From a virus: a stretch of DNA of 64,000 nucleotides. A model generated the notes under the pieces. It was given only the letters and a program-made list of their open reading frames with translations. It was not told the origin of the DNA and made no database searches. This document shows, one piece after another, positions 32,738-42,218 of this stretch; the first letter of the stretch is position 1, and every line of letters begins with the position of its first letter. A program made the position numbers and the translations under genes. The DNA is taken from the IMG/VR virus record IMGVR_UViG_3300007708_000003, positions 34,361-98,360 of that record; one strand, given 5' to 3'.

Positions 32738-34012
32738 TTATATTGTGAATACAAATTCTGATATAAGACCTTTGTTAGCTTCATGTATATGTATAATAGC
32801 TGCACGCTGATTACCTGTCCATTTGTTATGATAATGATAATAATCTGATGAAGTTAATGCAGGAATTATTCTAGTAACAAACCCTTGTTCTTCATTCTCA
32901 GTAATTACTTCTTTTGTTTTTCTACCATGATAATGTCCTGTATATAGAAATCTATGTTTAGAAGATCCCCACTCTTTTGGAAAATCAGTAGCAAATACTA
33001 ATGGATTATTTTTAGAAGATACATCACCATGCTCAAGAGCAATCATGTTGTCATAATACATTACAACCTTTCTTTCTTTGTATGTTGTATTAAATATTAT
33101 TTCTGGTGATAATTTAAATACTTGTGATACTGCATGTATCAAATGAAAAGAAGATAGTCTATCATGATTACCTGGAATAAAGACTACTTCAAGATTATTA
33201 CAAAAGTGTTTCATCTTGCCTATTGCTAAACATATTGCATCAAATGCTTTCATATATGCTTTAGTAGCTGTTTCAGAATTTTCTACAGGAGTTCCTTTTG
33301 TAGTAGTACCATCAAATGTGTCCATATTAAGTGTATCAGGACCAATAACAAATATTATTTTTTCAAGATTATAGTTAGCATATGCTTTACCTATTAAGTA
33401 ACATATTGCTTTATCCATAACTATGCCCATGTTTTCATTACCAGGTTTACCAAAATGTAAATCTTGTAAAGAAATAACCCCACATACTTTTTCTGAAGAT
33501 GACTCATTTAAATATGCAGGGTTTATTTTATCATAGGTTGGTAGTTCATATTTAGACAACTCTTCTATAAAAGATTTCTGAACTATTTGTTCTTGTGGAA
33601 GTCTTGTTATTAATGCTGATACTAACCATTTATTATTTTGTTCTTTATTCCAAAACTGTGATAACTTCCATATTCTGGTATCAATGCCTAGTATTTTAAT
33701 TATCTCATCAGGTGTTCTAGGTTCTGTACTTGATATACCTGTTATCTTACTTGTACCAGTATCTAAATTTTGATGAGTTTCAATTACTTTTGATTCTTCA
33801 TTTTTTTGTATAAATATTTTATCATCAATATTTTTAAAAAAATCATCATCCATTATCTCATCATTTGTAATATTTTTTATAATATCTAATGTTCTTTTTT
33901 TAATAAACATATAATCATGAAGAGATAAACACATTCTATCTGCTTCTTCTTGATTAGACTTTTTTCTTGTTAATCCTTGATAAATTAGTTTACTAATAAT
34001 TTTCATAATCAA
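32738..34012 (-). CDS. Calcineurin-like metallophosphoesterase (424 aa)
   Basis: DLHFG, GPD..NMD, GNHD, EHGD and GHYH motifs. Confidence 0.85.
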   Translation of the reverse strand: MIMKIISKLIYQGLTRKKSNQEEADRMCLSLHDYMFIKKRTLDIIKNITNDEIMDDDFFKNIDDKIFIQKNEESKVIETHQNLDTGTSKITGISSTEPRTPDEIIKILGIDTRIWKLSQFWNKEQNNKWLVSALITRLPQEQIVQKSFIEELSKYELPTYDKINPAYLNESSSEKVCGVISLQDLHFGKPGNENMGIVMDKAICYLIGKAYANYNLEKIIFVIGPDTLNMDTFDGTTTKGTPVENSETATKAYMKAFDAICLAIGKMKHFCNNLEVVFIPGNHDRLSSFHLIHAVSQVFKLSPEIIFNTTYKERKVVMYYDNMIALEHGDVSSKNNPLVFATDFPKEWGSSKHRFLYTGHYHGRKTKEVITENEEQGFVTRIIPALTSSDYYHYHNKWTGNQRAAIIHIHEANKGLISEFVFTI

Positions 34013-34027
34013 TTATTTAGGGTTATA

Positions 34028-34035
34028 CAAATGTA
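34028..34035 (-). promoter_or_regulatory. Bacteroidota -7 element (TACATTTG)
   Basis: TAnnTTTG just downstream of a terminator and upstream of the 34012 start. Confidence 0.55.
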
Positions 34036-34050
34036 ATGAAAAGTTTTTAT

Positions 34051-34086
34051 AAAAAAACAACCCCCGCGTAACAGCGAGGGAAGTTT
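34051..34086 (-). terminator. Intrinsic terminator
   Basis: Minus sense CCCTCGC-tgttac-GCGGGGG followed by TTGTTTTTTT. Confidence 0.7.
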
Positions 34087-34125
34087 CTCAGAATATGGAA
34101 AACCAACAAACCATTTCTGATACTA

Positions 34126-37086
34126 TTATAAGAAAAATTCACCAATTCTATTAAAAAATAAAAAAGAACCAGTACCACTAGCTGTAAAAGTACCTGTGTA
34201 AGTACTATTTACAGTACCATCTGAATTAAGTACATAATAACCTTTTGACACATTTCCTGTACCTAAGTAACTTGTTAAATATCCTGCAAATAAAACACTA
34301 CCATCATTAAGAACACTTACATCATATCCACATCTACCTATTGTAGAAGAAGAAAAATCTCCTAAAACTGTTGTTGTGTCAATAGTAAATGATGTATCTT
34401 TTGTTCCATCAGTATTAAGTTTAATTAAACCATTTGCTCTATTTGTAGTATCATCTGAACTATTATAATATGCAAAATTACCTGTTACTAAAATACCATT
34501 TACATGTGGTATAATTCTTTCTACACATACTCCATATTGTAGTAAAGTTCCAGACCCATAGTCTTTTGTACCATCTCTAAATGGTCTAAACCAACCTGAG
34601 TTAATACCTAAACTAGCATTTGGTTTTAAGAATCCTGTACCTGTATCAAATTCTAAAACTGGAGCAATGTCACCATTTTTTTTAATTTTAACAATGTTAT
34701 ATGCATTTACTCCTCTATAAGTATAAAAAGCACCACCTGCATATATATCTCCTAATACATCAACATATATTGTTTTTACTATTGAAGATGCATTTATAAA
34801 TCCAGTAGTAGTATCACGTACAGATTGTTGTACAGAAAAACTTGTTGATAAAGCACTAAATGTAGGATCTAGTGTTCCATCAAAGTTAAGCCTTACTAAG
34901 TTAAGTACATTAACAAATGTACCAGTAATATTTGTATAAGCATTAAATGCTCCTGCTACTACAATTTTTGTTTCAGTAGGATCTGATTCGTCAAATTGAA
35001 TATCATATACACATGGAGGCATACTAGCAGCTGAAGTATAACGTAATCCAGAAATTCCTATTTTAAATATAGTTTGAGGTATAATTGCTCCTGTAGTTGC
35101 GTCTAAACAAACAAGATTTGCTGAACATGGAATACCTTTATATGATTGAAAGCTACCTCCTACAAATATTCTATTTGAAGCTTGATGGTATTTTATTGCA
35201 CGTACAACAGCAGGAGTAATTGTACCAGTACTTACTCCAAATCCTTGATTAATACCTGATCCTGGATTAAATGTTCTATTTATTTGACCAAAAAATCTTG
35301 TAGATGAACTAGTACAATTTAATTTAATAACACCTCCTGACAAATATGAACCAGCTTGATCTGTTGCACCAGCTCCTGCTAAAGTACCTATAAAAATACC
35401 ATCATTAGCAAGTTCAGTAGTATAAATATTTGTATTATTTGATGATGGTACACTAAATCCTAAAACAGGTTTTGTTGTATTAAGATTTCCTGCAGAACTA
35501 TCTATTTTTAGCATACCTGTTTGAGGTGTAGCTATGTTACCCATAATAAATGATAAAGCTTCACCATTACAAAATTGAGGATCAGGACATGGAGGTATTT
35601 CAATAGTAAAATTTGTAGGATTACTATTTAAAATTCCACAATTTGTAGTAATAGAACCATTGTAAGTTACACCACATACCCATGGAAAACTAAATGATGG
35701 TAATGAACTTGTTAATGATGTAGAACTACCACCTGTAAAACCATATGTTAAAGTATAACCTACTGCACCAGGTAAAGCTGCAAATGTTACAAGTACATTA
35801 ATACCAGATATAACTACAGTAGGAGAAAAAGGTTGTGGACAATTTGGTTCACAACATGATTGTTGTGTAGAAGGTGATGGTTCACATATCCCATTACCTG
35901 AAGCTGGTGTAGTTATAGTACATGTACGTGTTTGAGTACAACCAGAACCTGGTACACATGGATCAGGTGTCCAAGCTGTACAAGTCCATACACAATCAAC
36001 ATCTGGTGGTTGTACACACCCTCCTCCTAATGTAGATGTTATCATTGCAGAAACTCCAGGTTCAGCAGCTGTCCACTCAGCACTTGATGTGCTAATAGGA
36101 TTAAATGTATCTGTATCTAAAGTATATCCTAAAATATAAGATATTCCAGTTTGATAAAAATGTTGCCATCCTTCAACAACATCATATATAACCTTCATAT
36201 TATATACACCATCTGGTGTAGTAATAGTCCACCAATATTCAGGAAACCCTGAGTTTCCTAAGTATACTGGTGCAACAGATGTATAATAAGTAAAAAGTTC
36301 AGGATCATCACCGCCACTATTTGTTATTAAAATTGTATATTGAAAACACATTTTTACAGCAGGACATGTTGATATTTGTGAGGAAATTAAAAAATCGTTA
36401 CATAACTCACAATTGCTCCATATTTGAGTAGTATTATTACTTATTGGTAAATAGTTGCTATTATTATTTAATGTTTGATATCCTGCTGCCATAGTACCTA
36501 AAATAGGTGTTATATGCCATAAAAGAGTAACATTATTATACCATACATAAAGATCAGGAGCACCACAAATAAATTCTAATAAATAATATGGTTTCTCATT
36601 AAGTATACCTACAGGTGATGTTAATATTTGTGTAGGATCAGGTTCTGATTCACACATATAACTACTAAAACTAAAACATACATCTTTAACATCACACACT
36701 TTATAATCAACTAAAGATCCACATTCAGCACCACCATTTGCAGCAGGTGTAATTACAGTTCTTGTACGTGTACTTCTACCACATACTAATAACTCATCTT
36801 CATAATAACATTCACATGAACTCCATGGTCCCCATGCACTAACTACACAGTCTTGTGGCACTTGTTCACAACAATCACATATAGGTAAAACATTATTAAA
36901 AATACTTAATACTTCTAAAAAAGTCATTCCTGATTCTATACCTAAACATTTAATATTGCTACCTGTATATATTACACAAGCAGCATTATATTCATTACCA
37001 CATAATCCTGACAAATCTGGAAGTGGTAATGGTGTTATTGTACTAGGACACGGTGAACAATCGTTGCAATTATTATTTGGATACAT
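34126..37086 (-). CDS. Cys-rich fibre/adhesin: two thrombospondin type-1-like repeats, FN3-like domain, delta-60-type beta-propeller repeats (986 aa)
   Basis: DCVVSAWGPWSSC..RTRTVITPAANGGAEC; KIVVAGAF..LVRLNFDGTLDPTF; LIKLNTDGTKDTSF. Confidence 0.65.
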   Translation of the reverse strand: MYPNNNCNDCSPCPSTITPLPLPDLSGLCGNEYNAACVIYTGSNIKCLGIESGMTFLEVLSIFNNVLPICDCCEQVPQDCVVSAWGPWSSCECYYEDELLVCGRSTRTRTVITPAANGGAECGSLVDYKVCDVKDVCFSFSSYMCESEPDPTQILTSPVGILNEKPYYLLEFICGAPDLYVWYNNVTLLWHITPILGTMAAGYQTLNNNSNYLPISNNTTQIWSNCELCNDFLISSQISTCPAVKMCFQYTILITNSGGDDPELFTYYTSVAPVYLGNSGFPEYWWTITTPDGVYNMKVIYDVVEGWQHFYQTGISYILGYTLDTDTFNPISTSSAEWTAAEPGVSAMITSTLGGGCVQPPDVDCVWTCTAWTPDPCVPGSGCTQTRTCTITTPASGNGICEPSPSTQQSCCEPNCPQPFSPTVVISGINVLVTFAALPGAVGYTLTYGFTGGSSTSLTSSLPSFSFPWVCGVTYNGSITTNCGILNSNPTNFTIEIPPCPDPQFCNGEALSFIMGNIATPQTGMLKIDSSAGNLNTTKPVLGFSVPSSNNTNIYTTELANDGIFIGTLAGAGATDQAGSYLSGGVIKLNCTSSSTRFFGQINRTFNPGSGINQGFGVSTGTITPAVVRAIKYHQASNRIFVGGSFQSYKGIPCSANLVCLDATTGAIIPQTIFKIGISGLRYTSAASMPPCVYDIQFDESDPTETKIVVAGAFNAYTNITGTFVNVLNLVRLNFDGTLDPTFSALSTSFSVQQSVRDTTTGFINASSIVKTIYVDVLGDIYAGGAFYTYRGVNAYNIVKIKKNGDIAPVLEFDTGTGFLKPNASLGINSGWFRPFRDGTKDYGSGTLLQYGVCVERIIPHVNGILVTGNFAYYNSSDDTTNRANGLIKLNTDGTKDTSFTIDTTTVLGDFSSSTIGRCGYDVSVLNDGSVLFAGYLTSYLGTGNVSKGYYVLNSDGTVNSTYTGTFTASGTGSFLFFNRIGEFFL

Positions 37087-37095
37087 ATTTTATTT

Positions 37096-37737
37096 TTATA
37101 ATTTTGTACTACACCATAATGAGTCATAATTTGCAACAGTAAATACGTATACATAGTTATTTATACTATCATAAGTAAATACTAAACCAACTGATAAAAT
37201 TTGTGAAATATAAGTACTTACTTTTACTGGATCATTGTATCTGTCTTCTAAATAAGTTTTTAGAAAACAAATATTATCATCATCATCAATAGTACCATAT
37301 TCAACAACACCATTACTCATCAATTCTAGATAAGATCCTTCAGGTACAGCTGTTTCAAATGTTTTAAAACAAGTATCTAAATCTTTACAACATCTAGGAA
37401 TAGATGACCAGCACATTTCTGATTTTATTAATAGTGAAGTTGAAAATGTTCCCATAAAGTTATAGCAACAAGGAGCACTTGCAGGATTAGTTGTCCATCC
37501 TTTAAAAGTTGCTAAAGATATAAACATAGAAGCATTTCCTAAAAAATAAATATTTCCACAAATATCATCTATTGCTTCACAACTTGGTTCACAGTATGGA
37601 GGAACAGGATAAATACCAAAAACACTACCTGTTGCATTATTAGATATAAAAGTTGAAAGATCTAAAACAGGACCAGATGCATCATATGCTTCAAACAAAT
37701 CTTCAACAAATTTTTTAAAAGGACTTAGACAAGCCAT
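37096..37737 (-). CDS. Cys-rich hypothetical tail-region protein (213 aa)
   Basis: ORF track; shares CC..GVVEY..GLV pattern with 37794-38804. Confidence 0.5.
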   Translation of the reverse strand: MACLSPFKKFVEDLFEAYDASGPVLDLSTFISNNATGSVFGIYPVPPYCEPSCEAIDDICGNIYFLGNASMFISLATFKGWTTNPASAPCCYNFMGTFSTSLLIKSEMCWSSIPRCCKDLDTCFKTFETAVPEGSYLELMSNGVVEYGTIDDDDNICFLKTYLEDRYNDPVKVSTYISQILSVGLVFTYDSINNYVYVFTVANYDSLWCSTKL

Positions 37738-37793
37738 AGTGTATATTTTTTATTATTAAACAATGTTTATTTTTTTATTATATTATAATTTTA

Positions 37794-38804
37794 TTATCTA
37801 AAATTACATGCAATAGCACATTCAGTTTTTAAACTTGAATCAATTACATTACTAAATGTATTAGATACTTGGTCAGTCCAGTTAAGTGTAGTTAAGTATA
37901 TATCTAATGAAGAATTAGATAAAGATGAATGAAATATTCCTACACCAGTGTTTGTAATAGAATTAAATCCACTCCAAACTTCCCATCTATTATTTAAAGA
38001 ACTCCAAAATACATAATATGTTCCTGTATTTGCACCTTCAGTATAAGGAATTATATAAAAATATTTACCATTTACTAAATTTGTTTCTGGTAGGTTATCT
38101 GCATATTCATATGTTGTAACTACTCCTAATGTGTTTCTTTCAGTTTTTAAACATAAATATAAATTAGATCCAGTGTAACTACTTAAAAATTCAAAATATT
38201 CTGCAGTATGTGACATTAAAATATTATCATTAACACATCTTATTACAAGTCCTTTATCATAACTTCCTATACTAGGAATACCAACTATAGTTAAAAATAA
38301 TTCTTGATTTTGAGCTTGTGTAAGACCTGTTGAAGATAAAAAGTCATATATAAATTTCAATCCACTATGACCATTAATAGTATTAATTTCAACAATACCA
38401 AATTGTTCAACAAAGTTTTCAATAAAATTTATTCCACTAAATGCTTCTATTCCTAACAACACTGATAATTGATTTATGTAAAACATAAAATCAGAATTTG
38501 ATCCACATTGTGTATAAGCTTCACCATAAGATGTTGTAATAGAATCTAAATTTGGAAAATCAGCAATGTAGTCTTCTGAAAATTGAAGCCAAGTTCTTGA
38601 ATTTACAAATAAAGACAAACAACATAATTCGCCTACATCTTTACCTGCAATTTGAGAAACATTATAATTTTCAAAAAAACTTTCAAAATCAATAAAATTA
38701 TTTAAAGTATAAGGACCATTACAATCTGGACAACATAAATTAAATTTTGTTAATATAAGTCCTTCGTTTAATGCATCACTAAAAATTTCCATACCTTCTG
38801 CCAT
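37794..38804 (-). CDS. Cys-containing hypothetical tail-region protein (336 aa)
   Basis: ORF track; paralog-like to 37096-37737. Confidence 0.5.
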   Translation of the reverse strand: MAEGMEIFSDALNEGLILTKFNLCCPDCNGPYTLNNFIDFESFFENYNVSQIAGKDVGELCCLSLFVNSRTWLQFSEDYIADFPNLDSITTSYGEAYTQCGSNSDFMFYINQLSVLLGIEAFSGINFIENFVEQFGIVEINTINGHSGLKFIYDFLSSTGLTQAQNQELFLTIVGIPSIGSYDKGLVIRCVNDNILMSHTAEYFEFLSSYTGSNLYLCLKTERNTLGVVTTYEYADNLPETNLVNGKYFYIIPYTEGANTGTYYVFWSSLNNRWEVWSGFNSITNTGVGIFHSSLSNSSLDIYLTTLNWTDQVSNTFSNVIDSSLKTECAIACNFR

Positions 38805-38826
38805 TTTTTTTATTTTTTATTTATTA

Positions 38827-39480
38827 TTATAAACCTGATGTAGTAAAAGCATAATTTAAGAAATATACAATTGGATTTTCACAACAACTTGTACATAATA
38901 CTAGTGGTGTAATTGTAACATTTGCTTCTAAATCTTCTGATTGATCTGCAGACAATATTGCAAGATTTTCATATGCACCTAAACAATTAACTTTAACAGT
39001 CATTGTCAGTGTTGATACTTGATAAGGATCCATTGTACCAATTGTCCAAGCAGGTGCTAACCATGTACCATCTGTTACAGTATTACTTATATATTCAAAA
39101 CCAGTTTGTAATATATCTGTAACAATAACATTTGTTGCTGTAGAATTACTTGTGTTACTTACAACAATTGTAAATGTCATTTCAGATTCTACAATTGGAG
39201 TTAAAGTACTTGCTGTTTTTTGAATTGTTAAAATATTATTTAAACAACATTCACAAACTCTTGCAGCCAATGCTTGTATAATAGTATTTATACTATCATT
39301 AGTTTCAATACCTATACATGGAATATCTAGACCTGTATATATTACACAATTACCATCATAATGTTCAACACAATCCTCACCAATACATGTAGGAGGTGTA
39401 GGTGGAACTGGAGGTGGAACAGGTGGACAACAGCTATTACAGCCACATCCAGGATTACAATTAGAATTAGTACAAGACAT
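38827..39480 (-). CDS. Cys-rich fibre-associated protein with DUF11-like Ig domain (217 aa)
   Basis: LTIQKTAS..MTFTIVVSN..ATNVIVTDIL..WTIGTM..YENLA is the DUF11 pattern. Confidence 0.65.
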   Translation of the reverse strand: MSCTNSNCNPGCGCNSCCPPVPPPVPPTPPTCIGEDCVEHYDGNCVIYTGLDIPCIGIETNDSINTIIQALAARVCECCLNNILTIQKTASTLTPIVESEMTFTIVVSNTSNSTATNVIVTDILQTGFEYISNTVTDGTWLAPAWTIGTMDPYQVSTLTMTVKVNCLGAYENLAILSADQSEDLEANVTITPLVLCTSCCENPIVYFLNYAFTTSGL

Positions 39481-39499
39481 ATTTATTTATTTATTTTTA

Positions 39500-41122
39500 T
39501 TATACACAAACTGAAAAAGTATTTGCAGGATTAAATTCTGTATTTATATCATTTACAGATACTTGACAACTTAACACTGTATTAACTGGAGTACATAAAG
39601 CAGTGCCACAATTATTATAGGTTCCTGCAGCATATACATAATTAGCAGAAGAATTACCAGGAATTATAGGTATTATTACATCTACATATGATGTTCCATA
39701 AAATGAACAACTTGTAACTGCATATCTTATTTTAACTTCAATATTATAAGCATTCCCATTTATTACTGGAACTCCTGAAACAGCATTTACTAATTGAACA
39801 GTTGTTTTATTATTTTTTTCTGTATATGCTACAGGTAAAGCACTTTCAGTACAGAATATACTCGTATCTGGAGCAGCTACATCATCAACATTAATATGAA
39901 ATAATATAGTAGGTACTAATAATTCAGTAACTATAGGTGCACCATTTGATTCACCACAAGAATATCCTGCATGTATATATACTACATATTCTGTACCTAC
40001 AACAATAGAAGAACCTACAATATTTACGCTAAATGTACTATTTGAAACAACAGAGTCAAAAAGAGAAGGTCCTGTTGGAGCACTTCCTGTCCATTCAAAA
40101 ACTTCAATTCTATAAGTAAGTGGTAATTCAATTCCTGCATAACTAGGTGCAGTCCAAGTAATTGTAGAATATGCTGTACCTATTGTCATTGCAGTAACAT
40201 TTTCTGGTACTGCTAATACACATGGTAATGCAACTGGTAATGAAAAATAATTTACAAGTTGGTTTCTCATATCACATACAGTTAACCATAAATTATTTAT
40301 AGCATCTGCAGCTGTTGTAGGTGTGCCAACCCATTCTGGTATATCACCCATTAAACCTGAACCAAATAATACTGGAGAACTTGCTAATGAAGGACATTGT
40401 CTATTTACTGCAGCAAATAATATTGTTGAAATACCAACACTACTTAACATGTTACAATAAGATGCTTCTAAATTTGCAAATGCATCTTGTATTAATAGTG
40501 TTTGTCCTGGTGTAGGTGCACTTGCACATTGAGAAGTTACAAATATTTCATATGTATATGCTTGCAAATTAGCAACTTGAAATTGTAAAGTTGATACATT
40601 ATTTGTAAGCATTAATATGTTACTATTAATATTATTAATATCTAATATAACTGTACAAATAGTATTTGCTAAATACAAAAGATAATCTGTAAAAAGCATT
40701 GTAGTTACAAGATCTCCATTACTATCTGTAAAATATAAACATGGAGGTAATGCTACATATGTGTCTGATGTTGATGTACCAGTATCACCACTATTTCTAT
40801 TTTCATTTCCAAAACTTGTACCTCCTCCATTAGCTTCTAAACTACAAATTTTATTTATAATAAGTTGTAATAATTGCTTTAAATTTTGAGGATCTTCAAC
40901 ACCTGATTGTATAAAACAAGCAAATTCTAATGTTGTAATATCAAGTATATTTTCAGTAACATCACATAATAATGTTGCAAGTTTAAATACAACTTCATCT
41001 ATAGAATCTCCAGCACACAAATCTATACAAGGAATATCTGGTCCTTGCCATATCACACATGCTGTAGATATTTTAGGGCAGTTATCTCTATTAGATCCTG
41101 GAGTGGTTATTGGTGTTCCCAT
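39500..41122 (-). CDS. Putative tail fibre protein with coiled coil and FN3-like domain (540 aa)
   Basis: Cys-rich N-terminus, heptad segment, PENVTA..ITWTAP..YRIEV..GTEYVVYI FN3 pattern. Confidence 0.55.
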   Translation of the reverse strand: MGTPITTPGSNRDNCPKISTACVIWQGPDIPCIDLCAGDSIDEVVFKLATLLCDVTENILDITTLEFACFIQSGVEDPQNLKQLLQLIINKICSLEANGGGTSFGNENRNSGDTGTSTSDTYVALPPCLYFTDSNGDLVTTMLFTDYLLYLANTICTVILDINNINSNILMLTNNVSTLQFQVANLQAYTYEIFVTSQCASAPTPGQTLLIQDAFANLEASYCNMLSSVGISTILFAAVNRQCPSLASSPVLFGSGLMGDIPEWVGTPTTAADAINNLWLTVCDMRNQLVNYFSLPVALPCVLAVPENVTAMTIGTAYSTITWTAPSYAGIELPLTYRIEVFEWTGSAPTGPSLFDSVVSNSTFSVNIVGSSIVVGTEYVVYIHAGYSCGESNGAPIVTELLVPTILFHINVDDVAAPDTSIFCTESALPVAYTEKNNKTTVQLVNAVSGVPVINGNAYNIEVKIRYAVTSCSFYGTSYVDVIIPIIPGNSSANYVYAAGTYNNCGTALCTPVNTVLSCQVSVNDINTEFNPANTFSVCV

Positions 41123-41346
41123 TATATTGTATTTATTTTTTCTTCAATTTTTGATAAACTACATATAGCAGGCATTACACATGCACATAGTTCCATTTCT
41201 TTTCCTCTTATAAGTAAATTACGCAAGTCATCTGCAAGTTCTACATTAATAAGTGCAGAGCATGTTTTTAAACCATAACGCTTTCTTTTATAACCTGCAT
41301 ATACAGATTCAGCAAATACTTCATTTATACGTATAAGAGTATCCAT
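41122..41346 (-). CDS. Small tail-region protein (74 aa)
   Basis: ORF track; stop overlaps the next start. Confidence 0.55.
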   Translation of the reverse strand: MDTLIRINEVFAESVYAGYKRKRYGLKTCSALINVELADDLRNLLIRGKEMELCACVMPAICSLSKIEEKINTI

Positions 41347-41350
41347 TTAC

Positions 41351-41515
41351 TTATTTGTTTATATTAGTTGCTACTCTTTTTTGTTCATTGCTTTGATATA
41401 CAAGCGATTGCTCATAAGTACTTAAACAATTTACACATACTGATGCACCATTAGATGCTTTTCTTGTTTGACAACCACAACCTAGTTGTGCTTGACAGTT
41501 GCTACATTGTGCCAT
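41351..41515 (-). CDS. Small Cys-rich putative Zn-binding protein (54 aa)
   Basis: Read manually: MAQCSNCQAQLGCGCQTRKASNGASVCVNCLSTYEQSLVYQSNEQKRVATNINK; fills the gap and has an A-rich leader. Confidence 0.7.
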   Translation of the reverse strand: MAQCSNCQAQLGCGCQTRKASNGASVCVNCLSTYEQSLVYQSNEQKRVATNINK

Positions 41516-41538
41516 TTGGTTTTAATATTTAAAGGTTA

Positions 41539-42105
41539 TTAGTTATTACATGTTACGCAACATCCTGTTAAATACTTGGCGAGAAGCTTTTCTGCATATG
41601 TGTACATTTCTACTGCCTGCAAAGGTGCGTGACAATATTCTGCTTTTGCCTTTGCTGCTTCAATATACATTCTAATGTATCTTAAATCATGCATCTTTTG
41701 ATGCTGCTCTGCATTTGGCTCACATGCTTGTAATTGAATTTTACATACCTCTCTGTAGTAAGTATTCATTATATGCGTTATTCTTAAATAATAATATTGT
41801 ACAAAAACAATATCATTTGGTGATACACTATATCTTATTGTATATAATCCATCAGGAAATGTTCCAGGTTCAGTATCCACTGTTGTTATACCTAAATCTG
41901 ATGTAGACAAATTTAATACAAAATTTGGTGCTAAACCTTCAGCTTCAGTATAATAAATTGGTAAAGAAAATCCTGGTAAATATATGTCAAGTCTAGGACA
42001 ATCAATATCAAGTCCTTCTCCATATACAGATGCATCCAATATTCTTATGATGTTTTCACAAGCTGTATCTGGAATGTCTAATGCAAGGGTGTGTTTAATT
42101 GCCAT
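41539..42105 (-). CDS. Putative structural (tail hub-like) protein (188 aa)
   Basis: FPDGLYTIRYSV motif; position at the head of the fibre cluster. Confidence 0.45.
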   Translation of the reverse strand: MAIKHTLALDIPDTACENIIRILDASVYGEGLDIDCPRLDIYLPGFSLPIYYTEAEGLAPNFVLNLSTSDLGITTVDTEPGTFPDGLYTIRYSVSPNDIVFVQYYYLRITHIMNTYYREVCKIQLQACEPNAEQHQKMHDLRYIRMYIEAAKAKAEYCHAPLQAVEMYTYAEKLLAKYLTGCCVTCNN

Positions 42106-42164
42106 AACTGGTTTATTATAAGTATCATTACAATAAGAATTTACAAAAAATATTTTAATAAAAC

Positions 42165-42196
42165 AAAAAGAGGAAGCAATTTAATACTTCCTCTTT
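42165..42196 (-). terminator. Intrinsic terminator
   Basis: AAAGAGGAAGT..GCTTCCTCTTT followed by T-tract. Confidence 0.7.
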
Positions 42197-42218
42197 CATA
42201 TTTATATACTTTGCAGTA

